DNA of 64,000 nt, from NCBI GenBank assembly GCA_951406725.2, contig OX597816.1:180172001-180236000 (forward strand), in the 5' to 3' direction. The notes under the pieces were generated by a model that ran no database searches, was not told the DNA's origin, and saw only the letters and a list, made by a program, of their open reading frames with translations. This DNA comes from Octopus vulgaris. Taxonomy: Eukaryota. Numbering within the stretch: the first letter of the stretch is position 1; every line of letters begins with the position of its first letter. Position numbers and translations under genes: made by a program. Below are positions 32,005 to 46,163 of the stretch, in pieces.

Positions 32005-32385
32005 GAGGTTGTGTGCTGTCTGTCTCCTACGATTTAGATTCCTAACTACTCCCACATTTTGCGGTGCAGTTTAACCAAAACCGGGTATCTTATAGCCGTG
32101 ATTCACATCGAGCCCTTCTGGGTATTAGCGCGCGTCTACGATGAGTCTACGATTTTAAAAAAAATTACCAAAATATTTTTCCATTTTTAATGCATTTTTT
32201 CGCTATTATATAAGGGAAGTAACTCTCTAAAAATGTATTATTAAATCTCAGAACGTAAAAAGCTACAGTAACACCCCCCCTTTGTGGTTAGCCATATTGA
32301 GATGGCTATTATACTTTACATCTCTAAAAATGCTTATATAGTTATTTCCCTTACAAACCCGAGCAACGCCGGGCGACGCTGCTAG
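31995..32385 (+). mobile_element. non-autonomous Helitron
   Basis: 3' cccgagcaacgccggg hairpin plus CTAG|T; 3' end shared with 59521-59903. Confidence 0.8.
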
Positions 32386-32403
32386 TATATATATATATAA
32401 AGG

Positions 32404-32434
<31 letters not shown>

Positions 32435-32446
32435 AGCTGATCTATG

Positions 32447-32505
32447 GAGTTATCTTAGGTTTCACGACCTTAAAGCCCTTAGCTTTACAGCGTTTCTTCA
32501 AACCC
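32447..32505 (-). ncRNA. decayed hammerhead-like motif (same family as 31323-31383)
   Basis: gggt-TTGAAGA-a-acg..taaagc-taagg-gcttta..cgt-GAAAC-ctaag-ATA-actc. Confidence 0.55.
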
Positions 32506-32519
32506 TAAAATCCGTTCTA

Positions 32520-32556
<37 letters not shown>

Positions 32557-32680
32557 CCTACCTACCTACCTACCTACCTGGATGGATGGGTGGATGGATG
32601 GATGCATGCATGCATGCGACGAGCTTCTTTAAGTCTACAGAATACACTCACAGGGCTTTGCTCGGTTCGAAGATCCTAGT

Positions 32681-32957
32681 ACAGAGGTTCTCAAACGTTT
32701 TGGGCCACCGCCACCCCTCTTGGCCACATAATACCCTCACTTACCCCACCCCTGTTTTTATGTATAAATAAAAAATTTCAAATTTTACTAATTTATATAC
32801 ACTATGAATCATTTTGATATTTAATATTATAAATTCTTAAGCGTCCCCCAATCCTCTGCCTCTCCATCAATGCCTCCTTTTTCTCTACACCTGCGCCCAC
32901 CTAGACGCCTCTTAACGCCTACCGGGAGAGGGGTAGCGCCCACTTTGCGCACTTATG
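32681..32957. mobile_element. hAT-like MITE inserted in a minus-strand SINE
   Basis: cagaggttctcaaac terminus, decayed right end, near 8-bp TSD tcctagta/ctctagta. Confidence 0.55.
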
Positions 32958-33073
32958 CTCTAGTACAAGACCCTTTCTCAACATGTCACACAGTGGTTCA
33001 GCGATTGAACCCGTACCGTGTGGTCGGGAAACAAGCTTCTTACTCGCAGACGCACCTGCGTGCGCGCGTTTGC

Positions 33074-33164
<91 letters not shown>

Positions 33165-33167
<3 letters not shown>

Positions 33168-33875
33168 TTTGATACTTTGATAGGTTTCGGCCATTATTGG
33201 CCCAGGCCATGTCTAACTTAATAGCACCACCTGGTGAAGTCTTTCAAGTCAGAATTTGGGCACTATGGCCCACTCAAGTAGAGAGTTATTGTTTACAGAG
33301 ACATATCCGGGTGTAGGGGGTTTATCCGGGATTTCTTGAAGGAATCTGTCCAAAGACTTCTTGAACCCTATAGGGTCAGTTTCTGTTTTAATGTGTTTTG
33401 GTGTAATGTTAAAGAGAGCGGGGCCAATTGAGGTGAAATAATTGTGCCGTATTGTTGTTATGAGATGAGAGTGCGATTTTTGTTTTGGGCGGATGGCACG
33501 GGGCCCAAGCCTTGGATGTACCTTAAAGGTGATGCCAACATCATTTGGGCAATGCTGATGGAATATTTTCCACATCATGCAGATGATGTAGCGCTCACGA
33601 CGACGTTGGAGAGAATAGAGTTTTAGCTTTTCTAGCCGACCCCAATAGTCGAGGCCTGTCATGCCATCTATCTTTTTTGTGATTGCCCTTTGAGGTGCTT
33701 CAACTTTTATGATACCTTGTATTGTGTGGGGAGACCACAGTGGACAACAGTATTCAAGGTGGGGTCGGGCAAAAGTGGAGAAGAGAAGGATAATGGTGTG
33801 GATATCTCTCGACTGGAAAGTTCTGAGAATCCAGGAACACATTCTGCGGGCCATGTCAACTTTGGTGTTTATATG
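33165..33875 (-). mobile_element. 5'-truncated CR1/L2-group LINE with (TATCAAAG)n tail
   Basis: ORF 33249-33854 WILRTF..RPHLEYCCPLWSP..LYSLQRRRERY; related to 10169-11337; TA on both sides. Confidence 0.88.
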
Positions 33876-33876
33876 A

Positions 33877-34039
<163 letters not shown>

Positions 34040-34040
34040 A

Positions 34041-34358
34041 GGCGCAGGAGTGGCTGTGTGGAAAGTAGCTCTCTTACCAACCATATGGTTCCGAGTTCAG
34101 TCCTACTGCGTGGCATCTTGGGCAAGTTTCTTCTACTATAACCATGAGCTGATTAGACGTGTGTTTGTATGTATGTGTCTGTGTTTCTTTCCCACCACCC
34201 ATCACGACGCTGGTGTGTTTACGACCCCGTAACTTAGCGGTTCGGCAAAACAGATCAATTGTACTAGGCTTACTAAGAAAAAGTCCTGGGGTCGATTTGT
34301 TCGACTAAAGGCAGTGCTCCACAGTGAAATGACTGAAACACATTAATGAATAAAAGAA
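34041..34358 (+). mobile_element. SINE (main family, internally deleted)
   Basis: head ggcgcaggagtggctgtgtgg. Confidence 0.8.
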
Positions 34359-34761
34359 TGTATACACACGCGCGCGCGCGCGCGCGCTCACACATGGCGC
34401 CTTGTAATTAGAATTATCAAATATTTTAATATTTGTGTTTTTTCATTTATAAGACGATTAATGGATTTTTTTTCTTTAATAATTGAGAACCCTCTCTGTC
34501 GAAATCCTGGCGACGCCCATGTTTATTTCCGTTTCAATTTCCACTTCAACGGTGTGGCTTTAATTTAATTTAATTTAATTTGATTTGAATTTCATGTTGA
34601 GCTCTTTCATGTTAAATAACTCGTGTCTTTTGGGTTGGGGTTATTTATTCACAGATGATTTTGTGAATGTGTGTCGATTGCATATACACATACGCATGAC
34701 GCACACATAGGCATACACGCGTATGAGCGGGCATACGCACATACAAGCTACACACACACAC

Positions 34762-34822
<61 letters not shown>

Positions 34823-34836
34823 CATACATGTACATA

Positions 34837-36110
34837 CAAGGGTTGGACAAAATAATGGAAACACCTTAAAATTTCAAACAAATTTGGTTTAACATGGGGT
34901 AGGACCGCCTTTGGCAATAATTACAGCTTGAATTCTACGAGGTATGGACTCGTACAAAGTTTGAATTGTTTCCAAAGGAATTTTTGTCCGTTCTTCAGCT
35001 AAAACAGTCTCTAGTTCTTGTAGTGATGATGGTGGAGGATATCGACCCCTTACTTGTTTTTCTAAAATGCACCGTAAATGTTCAATAATATTGGGATCTG
35101 GGGACTGTGGTGGCCAAATAAGATGTTCAACTTCACTAGAATGTTCCTCGTGCCATTCAGTAACAACTTTAGCTGTGTGAATTGGTGCATTATCATCCTG
35201 AAAGATAGGCCTTTCCCTCCGAAAACAGTTCCGCAACCATAGGATGAATATGATCAGCTAAAATGCTTAAATAGTCTTCACTAGTAATTCTGCCATGAAG
35301 GGAAACATTGGGCCGGCGAATTTCTAAGATATATTCCCCCAGATCATCACAGATCCTTCTCCATGTTTAACAGTTGGAAGAAAGCAGTCTGGATCAAATG
35401 CTTCTTTTGGCTGTCTCCACACGTATACTCGGCCGGTGGTCGAAAATAAGGTAAAGGATGAGAAAAGTCCGAGAAAATAACATTCTTCCACTGTTCTAGG
35501 GACCAATTCTGTAGGTTTATACACCACTCTAAACGCTTTGCAACGTTTGTTTTTGAAAGTAGTGGATTTCTGATGACAGACCTCCCGTGAAACCCGGCTT
35601 TGTGCAGCTCCTGGCGAACAGTTTTTGTGAAAACTGGGTTCTCGAGGTGGTCATTAAGCTCTGCAGTAATTTTGGGAGCTGTACTTGTGTGATCCTTTCT
35701 AGCAATTTGCGTAAGAGTTCGGCGGTCACTATCTGAAAGTTTTGATTTTCTTCCGGAGTTTTATTTCGATGAAGAGGTTTTTCCCTCTTTCTCAAGGGCT
35801 GTCATTACTTTCGAGAGAGTAATTCTTGATACACCAAACATTTCGATTGTTTTCATTACGCTAGCACCTGCTATATGAGCACCAGCAATTTGACCTCTTT
35901 CAAAATCCGATAGATCTGTCATTTTAATGAATTTTAATTACCTTTTTCTGGTGATATCTGAAAAGAAACGGCAATTTTAGCAAAACGTATTAAGCAACGC
36001 TATAAATTTTTAAAAAAACCCATAAAAATAAACAAGATTTTGACGGTTTTATAAATATTTCAAAATTATGATACTATGATGCTAGGTGTTTCCATTATTT
36101 TGTCGAACCC

Positions 36111-36113
<3 letters not shown>
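34837..36113 (-). mobile_element. full-length degenerate Tc1-like (DD34E) transposon
   Basis: 30-bp TIRs ca(a/g)gggtt(g/c)gacaaaataatggaaacacct; PTVKHGEGSVMIWG, FQDDNAPIH, WPPQSPDPNIIEHL; several frameshifts. Confidence 0.92.
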
Positions 36114-36144
<31 letters not shown>

Positions 36145-36154
36145 TAATTTACAG

Positions 36155-36686
<532 letters not shown>

Positions 36687-36715
36687 ATATAATATATATA
36701 TATACATATATATAC

Positions 36716-36775
<60 letters not shown>

Positions 36776-36972
36776 GTATATATATATGTATATATGTGTA
36801 TATATATATGTATATATGTGTATATATATATGTATATATGTGTATATATATATGTATATATGTGTATATATATATATATATATGTGTATATATATATGTA
36901 TATATGTGTATATATATATATATGTGTGTATGTATATATATATATATGTGTGTATGTATATATATATATGTG

Positions 36973-37043
<71 letters not shown>

Positions 37044-37277
37044 GTGTATATATGTATATATATATGTATATATATGTGTATGTATATATATATATATATG
37101 TATATATGTATATATATATGTATATATATGTGTATGTATATATATATATATGTATATATATGTATATATATATGTGTATGTATATATATGTATATATATG
37201 TGTATGTATATATATGTATATATGTGTGTATATATATATGTATATTATATATATGTGTGTATATATATATGTATATA

Positions 37278-37332
<55 letters not shown>
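36687..37332. repeat. (TA)/(TG) compound microsatellite
   Basis: direct observation. Confidence 0.95.
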
Positions 37333-37336
<4 letters not shown>

Positions 37337-39617
37337 AAGTATATGAGAGATGGACATATTTTGAAACAAACACGTATTCATACATAATTTATATGCATGT
37401 ATGTACCGTACACGTACTTATGTTAACGCGCGCATATTCACGTACATGCACGTATAAATATATAGACTTATCCATCATGGCTAATAGGAATTGAATTACA
37501 TATACACTTATATATGTGTGGAGAGAGAGAGAGAATTTTGCGTATACATAAGCAGTACATATATATATATATATGTATATATGTGTGTGTGTTATATGTA
37601 TATAGTTATGTGTTTATAGATGTTTATTGGAGGAAAAAATATCGAGTTTTAAACACATGTTTACATTCCACGCATCCCCGTCAACCAACCACACTCACAA
37701 ACACACATTGAGGTTCAATCACATATACATACATGCATATATATATACGCGCACCCTCTGTCTTTCTGTCTCTCTCTCTTTCTCCTCCCCTCTTTTCTCT
37801 TTCTCTCTCTCTCTCTCTCTCTCCTCTCACTCACGTACTGAGGCTATACATACTCCTCGCTTGTGTATCACCAGTTGCTTCCAAATATAGTGTTGTCGTA
37901 GATATATATTCTCCCATCGACTTCGTAGTTGACAATTGGCGCTTGTAAAGAGGTTTGCAACGAAGAAGGCTGGTAGTGATCGTGTGTATATGTAACGACT
38001 TGTGATGTGTGTGTGTGTAAGAGAGAGAGAGTGCTTGTTAGAAGAGGGTGGTGTCTATGATGATAGAGTGTGTAGTTGGAAAAAGTACGACATTGAGATA
38101 GAACATGTGAGAGAAGGCGCAGAGGAAGCGAGCGTGTATGAATATTAGCACTATTCAGGAGATTATAAAGCGTGAGTGAAAGGAAGATAGAATGGGTAGA
38201 AGAGGTATTAGAGGATGTGTAGAACGTGTGTGGCTGTAAAGGAAGGAAAGGTGGGAACTGTTAGTGCGAGGCGGTAAGGCGTAAGGTAACAACTATCAAC
38301 AACATGAAAGGGAATAGGTGTGTGTTGTATGCGAGTGTGAGGAGCTGATAGAGCATCTGCGCGTGTAAAATGGAAAGACAGGAATGTAAGAATAATTGCA
38401 GTGAGCGTGTGTCTGTGAGGAAACGGTGAGAGAGGTTGTGTAAGCATTTCAGAGAGAGTGGTGGGAACGGTTAGAGTGCAGATGTATGTGCGAGATATAC
38501 CGAAAGTAATCTGTTACATACAGTGAGAATATGTAGAGAGAGAAACAGATAGTTGTAACGAAGAATAATGATTCGAGAGAAGAAAAAGTGGAAGGCTGGA
38601 TGGGGAAAGTGTGTGACGGGGGGGGGGGGGGTCGGTAGATAAATGATAAACAACTCTCTGACCCCTTCGTTTATTGTTATCAACGGTAACACTGCTAAGC
38701 ATGGTAACACTGCTTTGCTTTCATTTTCTCTCTGAAACTCCAATTTTGTTTAAACATATGGCACATTGGCTGATTAGGCGTCTACACACACACACACACA
38801 CACACACATTGACACAAGCGTTGCAGAATGGTTAAGATCTCAGATTTGCAATCACTAAGTCTCAGGTTCGTTTCCGATGCTTGACATCTTGGACAAATGA
38901 TTTGTGCCATAACTTTCACATGATCCAAATCTTGTGAGTGGAACTTTGAGTTGACTGCATCTGCATTTCAAATGCACCCCACCCCTCTTTCCCATGTTGT
39001 TTCCACCAGAGGATTTCTCCAAACGGTACAAAGATCTGTGGAATATTCAGCCACTCACTAATGCAATTCAGTTGATTGAACAACTGGAATATACATCATT
39101 AAAATTATTCTCTATATCAAAGTTACTCTATATACACTCGTATGTCGTTTATATTTATATATGAGTGTTTTTATATAGTCGAGTGGTGCGTTTAATTATA
39201 GTGAGAATTCATTTTCTTGTTTGGCTGAAAATCCAGCAAATAAAGTCACATATATCCATTTGTCTTTACTCTTTTACTGGTTTCAGTAATTCAATTGTAA
39301 CTAGATTGAGGTAGTGCTTTGAAGGGCTTTCATCAATGAAACCCCTTCCCAGTAACTTGTTTTTGTTTTTTTCTTTTAAAGTCTTGTTAAGACTAGTTTT
39401 AAAGAAAAACAAACTGGCACAAGGATGCATTAACATAATATAATTCTATACCATTTTAAAAATAAATAAGGGTAGGCATTTGACTACAAAATACTACCTC
39501 AAGGTCTTTCATCCAAGCCATACCAGTATGGAGAAAGGATAAGCAAAATGTGATGATGATAAGAGATTCTCTCCCCTTCTTTAGTAAAGTTACTGTGTGT
39601 ATGTGTGTGTATGTATA

Positions 39618-39648
<31 letters not shown>

Positions 39649-39656
39649 ATATATAT

Positions 39657-39790
39657 AATCCAAATAAACAGGTAAAATTAACAGACTAAAGGATGTGCAC
39701 AGTGAAAGGAGAGAGTTTGACATTTCGAGCATAGCTCTTCATCGGAAAGGAGAAAGGGAATAGTCCAAAGAAGGAAATCACCAACAGCAT
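39657..39790 (-). mobile_element. short PLE-like element with HHR (39716-39748)
   Basis: ttt-CCGATGA-a-gagc-tat-gctc-GAAAT-GTC-aaa. Confidence 0.6.
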
Positions 39791-40249
39791 GTGTGTGTGC
39801 GTATGTGCACGTGTATATATATATATATATATATATGTACACACCAACTAGAGTACCAGTACTGCATGTACAAGAAAAGATTAAATTTATAAACAAAGTT
39901 ACAATCAAGTTTTAAAAGTTTTATGAAAACATTAGAATTTCCACCCCTATCACTCACATACACCTGAGATTAAACAACAAGGGTCTCAGGAAAGGTCAGT
40001 TAATCAATTAGTTCTGGTTTGCATTAAAAGGTTTGTCAGGATTCAATTATTTACACCTGACTGCCGAGAAATAGTAATGAGCAGCCAGTTCATGAATTAT
40101 GTAAACAGAATCAGGATAGGCCTGACCTTATACATATGCCAGAAGAAGAATAGGACATACCTAGTGACAAAGCTACAAGTTTATCTCTGTTGCTCCATGT
40201 ATCAGATGGAAAGTGGTAATGATGATGATGATGACAATATGTGTGTGTG

Positions 40250-40585
40250 GGTGCTGTGTGGTAAGTAGCTTGCTAACCAACAACATGGTTCCGGGTTCAG
40301 TCCCACTGCGTGGCACCTTGGGCAAGTGTCTTCTGCTATAGCACCGGGCCGACCAATTCTTTGTGAGTGGATTTGGTAGATGGAAACTGAAAGAAGCCTG
40401 TCGTATATATGTATATATATATATATATATGTGTGTGTTTGTGTATCTGTGTTTATCTCCCTAGCATTGCTTGACAACCGATGCTGGTGTGTTTACGTCC
40501 CGTTAAGTCCCAGGGTCGAGTTGCTCGACTAAAAGGCGGTGCTCCAGCATGGCTGCAGTCAAATGACTGAAACAAGTAAAAGAGA

Positions 40586-40588
<3 letters not shown>
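40250..40588 (+). mobile_element. SINE (main family)
   Basis: homology. Confidence 0.85.
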
Positions 40589-40627
<39 letters not shown>

Positions 40628-40876
40628 CTATCTATATCTTTTGTCTTTAATTTGTTTCAGTCATTTGACTGCGGCCATGCTGGAGCACCACCCCTTGAAG
40701 AATCTTTTAGTTGGATAAATCAACCACAGGACTTTTTTTTAAAGCCTAGTACTTATTCTATCAGTCTCTTTTACTGAACTGCTAGGTTATGGGATGGTGT
40801 AAACACACTAATACCAGTTGCCATGTGATAATGGAAGACAAACACTGACTCAAAGACACACACACATATGTATGTA

Positions 40877-40911
<35 letters not shown>

Positions 40912-41634
40912 GTTACAGAGATGTACTTGCATAGCAAGTGGCCTGATCTGAGATCGTGTGCTGTAACAAAAACAGTTGCAGTGTGGGAGGTGTTTCTAAG
41001 CCATTTAAAAACACACAAAAACCGTCAGAGTCACTTTCAACATTTAAATTTAATTTGTCTAAATATTTTCGTCACTTTGAGACCGTCACCTGTTCACTGA
41101 CAAAATTTCATGCTGCATATATATATATACATACACATGCTGACACAATAGGCCTGTTTCAGTTTCCATCTACCAAATTCACTCACAACACTTTGGTTGG
41201 GATTGAACCTAGAATCATTTGGTTGGAAAGCAAGCTTCTTGCTACACAACCACACCTGCTAGTCTCTATATCTACATGCATATATATATATATATGCAAG
41301 GGTGAGTCTGTGCATGTATTATTATGCATACCTATCTGTATGTCTGAAGCCTACAAGTTCACTGGTCTGGAGCTTATCCTCGTCTGCAAGATGTATAATC
41401 AACTGGGTGTACCAGACTCTTCCTTAGACCAGACTCCAGTCTGCTATGAGGCTAACCCTGAATTATTGATGGTACTCATTTCAGCTGTAAACACTGGGGG
41501 TGGGTGGGTCGAAAAGAAGTGCCTTTCTCAAGGATGTAGTGCACTGCCCCAAAATCTTCACAACAGTAAAAATATGAGATTAGACATTATCTTATATTAC
41601 ATAGTACATAGTAAGCAATCACATATCTATGCCG

Positions 41635-41978
41635 TTCGACAGCCTCGTCTGGCACCTGTGTCCGTGGCACATAAGAAAACACCGAAAACACCATCCGAGC
41701 ATGGCCGTCTGCTAGCCTCGTCTAGCACCTGTGTCGGTGGCACATAAAAAACACCATCCGAGCATGGCCGTCTGCCAGCCTCGTCTGGCACCTGTGTCGG
41801 TGGCACATAAAATCACCCACTACACTCTCGGAGTGGTTGGCGTTAGGAAGGGCATCCAGCTGTAGAAACACTGCCAGATCTGACTGGCCTGGTGCAGCCT
41901 TCGGGCTTGCCAGACCCCAGTTGAACCGTCCAACCCATGCTAGCATGGAAAGCGGACGTTAAACGATGATGATGATGA
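41635..41978 (+). mobile_element. (GAT)n-tailed SINE with tandem ~57-66-bp internal units
   Basis: gcctcgtctggcacctgtgtcggtggcacataa x3. Confidence 0.8.
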
Positions 41979-41984
41979 TATATA

Positions 41985-42365
41985 GGCGTAGGAGTGGCTG
42001 TGTGGTAAGTAGCTTGCTTACGAACCATATGGTTCTGGGTTCAGTCCCACTGTGTGGCACCTTGGGCAAGTGTCTTCTACTAGAGCCTCGAGCCGACCAA
42101 AGCCTTGTGAGTGGATTTGGTAGACAGAAACTGAAAGAAGCCTGTCGTATATATCTATATATATATGTATGTGTGTGTATATGTTTGTGTGTCTGTGTTT
42201 GTAACCCCATACTGGTGTGTTTACGTACTCGTAACTTAGCGGTTTAGCAAAAGAGACCGATAGGCTTACAAAGAATAAGTCCTGGGGTCAATTTGCTCGA
42301 CTAAAAGCGGTGCTCCAGCATGGTCACAGTCAAATGACTGAAACAAGAAAAAGAGTAAAAAGAGT
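41985..42365 (+). mobile_element. SINE (main family)
   Basis: homology. Confidence 0.85.
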
Positions 42366-43325
42366 ATATATATATATATATTATATACCATATTTCATCA
42401 TCATTAGCAGTTAATGTCCATCTTCCATGATGGTATGGGTTGGAAAGTTTGGCAGGTTTGAGGAATGTATCAGTTTTCATTGTTTGCTTTGACATGTTGT
42501 CTATGTCTGGATGCATTTCTTAATGCCTACTACAGAGTATCATCATCATCATCATCATCACACGTCCGTTTTCTATTCTGGCATGAGTTGGACAGCTTGA
42601 CAGGAACTATTAAGGCAGGAAGTGCTTTTTTTCTTTTCTTTATGTAACAAGCACTAATGAGGTTGTTATGCACCTTGCAAAACTAATATTCGCTTCGACT
42701 CAGTGGGAACATTGTTAAGAAAAATGTTGCTGAGAGAATAGAGTATGAAAGAATTGGTCAAGACAGAGTAGGACAGAACAGTGATGTACTGAGTAATAAG
42801 CTCAAATATAACATGGATATGCTGAGCAATAGGGTCAGCAAGATCTGGGCTAGCACTTCAATTAGCAATCATTTGAAGATTCTGCTGTATCAGAGTATTG
42901 TCCTGCCAACAGCATCTGTGTGTGAAAAAATTGGAAAACTCAGAGATTGAATGCATTCCATCAATGGTGTACATGGAGCGAATAACAAACATTGAACTCC
43001 TGAGAAGAGTCAATCTGTGCAAGGTGCAAAGTTGCAGGAAATAGAGACCGAAAGAAGAGTGAGCCTTGCAGGTCTTGTTTTCTAGCTGCTAGAAGAAAGG
43101 GTGCCTAAGACAGCTATACCATGGGTACTCCCAGAAAGAGGGGGACTCTATGAGACATAGCTGACCTCTTTCAAAGATGATCTGAAGCAACTTGGCATCA
43201 TTTGGGAAGATGCAGTGACTATGCTGAAAACTGAGGTGACTGCAGACTTCTTACTATGCAATGTATCGGCCAACTGTACAGGAGGGAATGAGACTAAGAT
43301 AGCTGTGTATGTGTATGTATATATA

Positions 43326-43525
43326 AAGTTAATCCAAACAAGAAAGCACAAAAAAACACAACAACGCGAGGACGTGGAACAAATATAGTATTATTGGACG
43401 CTCAGGAAAGAAGGAGGATTTAACGTTTCGAGCGGAGCTCTTCGTCGGAAACATAGGAGAAGGAAAGATCCAGAGAAGGGAAGACAGAGGAAAAAAATAC
43501 CCAACGGTATACACGCAGTCACATT

Positions 43526-43530
<5 letters not shown>
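43326..43530 (-). mobile_element. short PLE-like element with minimal HHR (43418-43452)
   Basis: gttt-CCGACGA-a-gagc-tcc-gctc-GAAACGTT-aaat; palindromic AACGTT stem III; TA flanks. Confidence 0.7.
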
Positions 43531-43579
<49 letters not shown>

Positions 43580-43584
<5 letters not shown>

Positions 43585-44228
43585 AATTTTTTGCGTAATG
43601 AGATAAAAAAAACCAAGGCTGTATAGATATTAGAACATTTATAGATAGAAGGTCTTACAGCTGTTTCCAGGATATTTGTTAATTGAGACGGTGTGAGAGG
43701 ATGGTTAAAAACTGCTGGATCTCACTCCTAAGGCGTCGGAATCTTACATTGTGTATAAACTCTATATTTGAGAGGACCCATTTTAAATTCTGTTGGACTT
43801 TTGGACTTTACTCATAGGGTAATGGAATCTTAGCTATATACCATTCTGCCTAAAAAATGGATCTACAACTTCAATATCCCTACATATCTTGCATCTATTT
43901 TCTTTCCTCCACCCCACTCTCTATTTTGTATCACATCTAAACTAACTATGCCTTAATTTTCCCCTCACACCGTCCCCGATGAAGGGATATAATTAATAAA
44001 TATCCTGGAAACAGCTGTAAGACCTTCTATCTATAAATGCTCTAATATCTACACAGCCTTGTTTTTTTATGTCATTAGCAAAGAATTCTTATATACATAT
44101 GGTGACATAGAACCAACGTTGAACCCCTTATTCGCATAATCACCGAATCTGGAACTTAACTAAGGTGTGTCTATAGCACTTATTCAGCATTACCTGACAC
44201 ATTTGGGTCTCAATGACACCATTATCTC

Positions 44229-44230
<2 letters not shown>
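43580..44230 (+). mobile_element. fold-back pLTR-like element with HHR (43972-44023)
   Basis: arms ~43580-43700 / 43963-44092; gtcc-CCGATGA-a-gggatat..atatcct-g-GAAAC-AGCT-GTA-agac (the other arm reads gtct, perfecting stem I). Confidence 0.75.
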
Positions 44231-44264
<34 letters not shown>

Positions 44265-44784
44265 TTACTGCTCTTAGAATGTGCTCCTCTTCCGGATTTA
44301 TGTATTTTTATAAACAATCCTAAATATGCATACTAATACCAATATAACTACATATACATACATATATAATTACACACACACATCTTTATTTAAATATGTG
44401 TGTGAATAGATGCATGCACATGTAAATGCCAGTACAAGGGAATTCGCTAATAATCTTTCATTTCGATGGCAGCGTTTACATGTGTCAGTGTATGTTATTT
44501 TAATAAAGAATTTTTTTTTTACATAATTCCTTGATAGTTTTCTTTTGGGGAATGGACTCACACACACACACAGAGTTACACTTGCACACCCATACATGTG
44601 TATGCGAATGAGTGTGAGTGAAGTGTGCATCCATATAAAAGGAAGAAAATTATATATATATGCATACAATTATATATATATTTGTGTGTGTATAGATTGC
44701 AAGGTAGACAGATAGATAGGCAAGCAGGCAGTTAGCTAGTTGGACAGACAGACAGCTACATACTATTTATTCTTTTATGTGTGC

Positions 44785-44821
<37 letters not shown>

Positions 44822-44854
44822 TTTATTTATTTATTTATATATATATACATATAT

Positions 44855-45024
44855 GGGTGCAGGAGTGGCTGTGTGGTGCGTAACTTGCTTACCAACCACA
44901 TTGTTCTGGGTTCAGTCCTACTGCATGGCACCTTGGGCAAGTGTCTTCTACCATAGCCTCGGGCCAACCAAAGCCTTGAGAGTGGATTTGGTAGACGGAA
45001 ACTGAAAGAAGCCCATCGTATATG

Positions 45025-45055
<31 letters not shown>

Positions 45056-45250
45056 CTGTGTTTGTCCCCCCACCATCACTTGACAACTGAAGCTGATGTG
45101 TTTACGTCCCCGTAACTTAGCATTTCGGCAAAAGAGATCGATAGAATAAGTACTAGGCTTATAAAGAATAAGTCATGGGGGTTGATTTGTTCAACTAAAA
45201 GTGGTGTTCCAGCATGACCACAGTCAAATAACTGAAACAAGTAAAAGAGA
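44855..45250 (+). mobile_element. SINE (main family)
   Basis: homology. Confidence 0.85.
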
Positions 45251-45296
45251 ATATCTATCTATCTATCTATCTATCAATATATAAATATATATAAAT

Positions 45297-45635
45297 GTGA
45301 AGGTGCATGGCTCAGTGGTCAGAGCATCGAGCTTACGATTGTGATGTTGTGAGTTCGAATCCCGGACCGGGCTGTGTGTTGCGTTCTTGAGCAAGACACT
45401 TTATTTCACATTGCTCCAGTTCACTCAGTTGTAGAAATGAGTTGCGACGTCACAGGTGCCAAGCTGTATCGGCCCCTTTGCCTTTCCCTTGGATAACACT
45501 GGTGGCGTGGAGAGAGGAGGTCGGTATGCATGGGCGACTGCTGGTCTTCCATAAGCAACCTTGCCTGGACTTGTGCCTAGGAGAGTAACTTTCTAGGTGC
45601 AATCCCACGGTCAGTCATGACCAAAGGCGGTCTCA
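45297..45635 (+). mobile_element. second tRNA-derived SINE family
   Basis: A-box tggctcagtgg, B-box gagttcgaatccc, core ttcttgagcaagacacttta; related head at 52808-53130(-). Confidence 0.8.
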
Positions 45636-45923
45636 ACATATATACATATATATATATAAAAACTTACTGTTAATAAAAGTCAGGGTGTCCTGTGTTCCGT
45701 TACTTAATAAATGAAAAAATGTATTGTAAATAAATAATGACAGGTAAAAAATGTATACCTATACTGAGTGTACAACTGGACAGGAGACAGATACAGAAGG
45801 TCTCTAATTCCTCATAAGTTATCAACCAAATGGTAGTATGTTTTTTACCTGTCATTGTTTGTTTACAATACATTTTTTCATTTATTATATATATATATGC
45901 TATTATATATATATATTTGCTAT

Positions 45924-45955
<32 letters not shown>

Positions 45956-46163
45956 ATATATATATATGCTATTTAATGTATATTTCTATATATATATATA
46001 TTTACTATTTCATATACATTTATATATATGATACTTTATGTATATTTATATATGTTTCTTATAATTTTTCACTCAAAATATAAAGAGATGAAAGTGTGTT
46101 TATATATCATTGTACATGTATAAATAAATATTTATATATCTATATCCATATATATATTTGCAG

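Noticed and set aside
33178-33205. ggcc..ggccGAAAC as an HHR
   Set aside because: No CUGANGA core; it is the LINE 3' recognition hairpin
40956-41747. 263-aa ORF
   Set aside because: Runs through several unrelated repeat fragments; no recognisable domain
45297-45375. tRNA gene
   Set aside because: tRNA-like head continues into a SINE body; no complete acceptor stem
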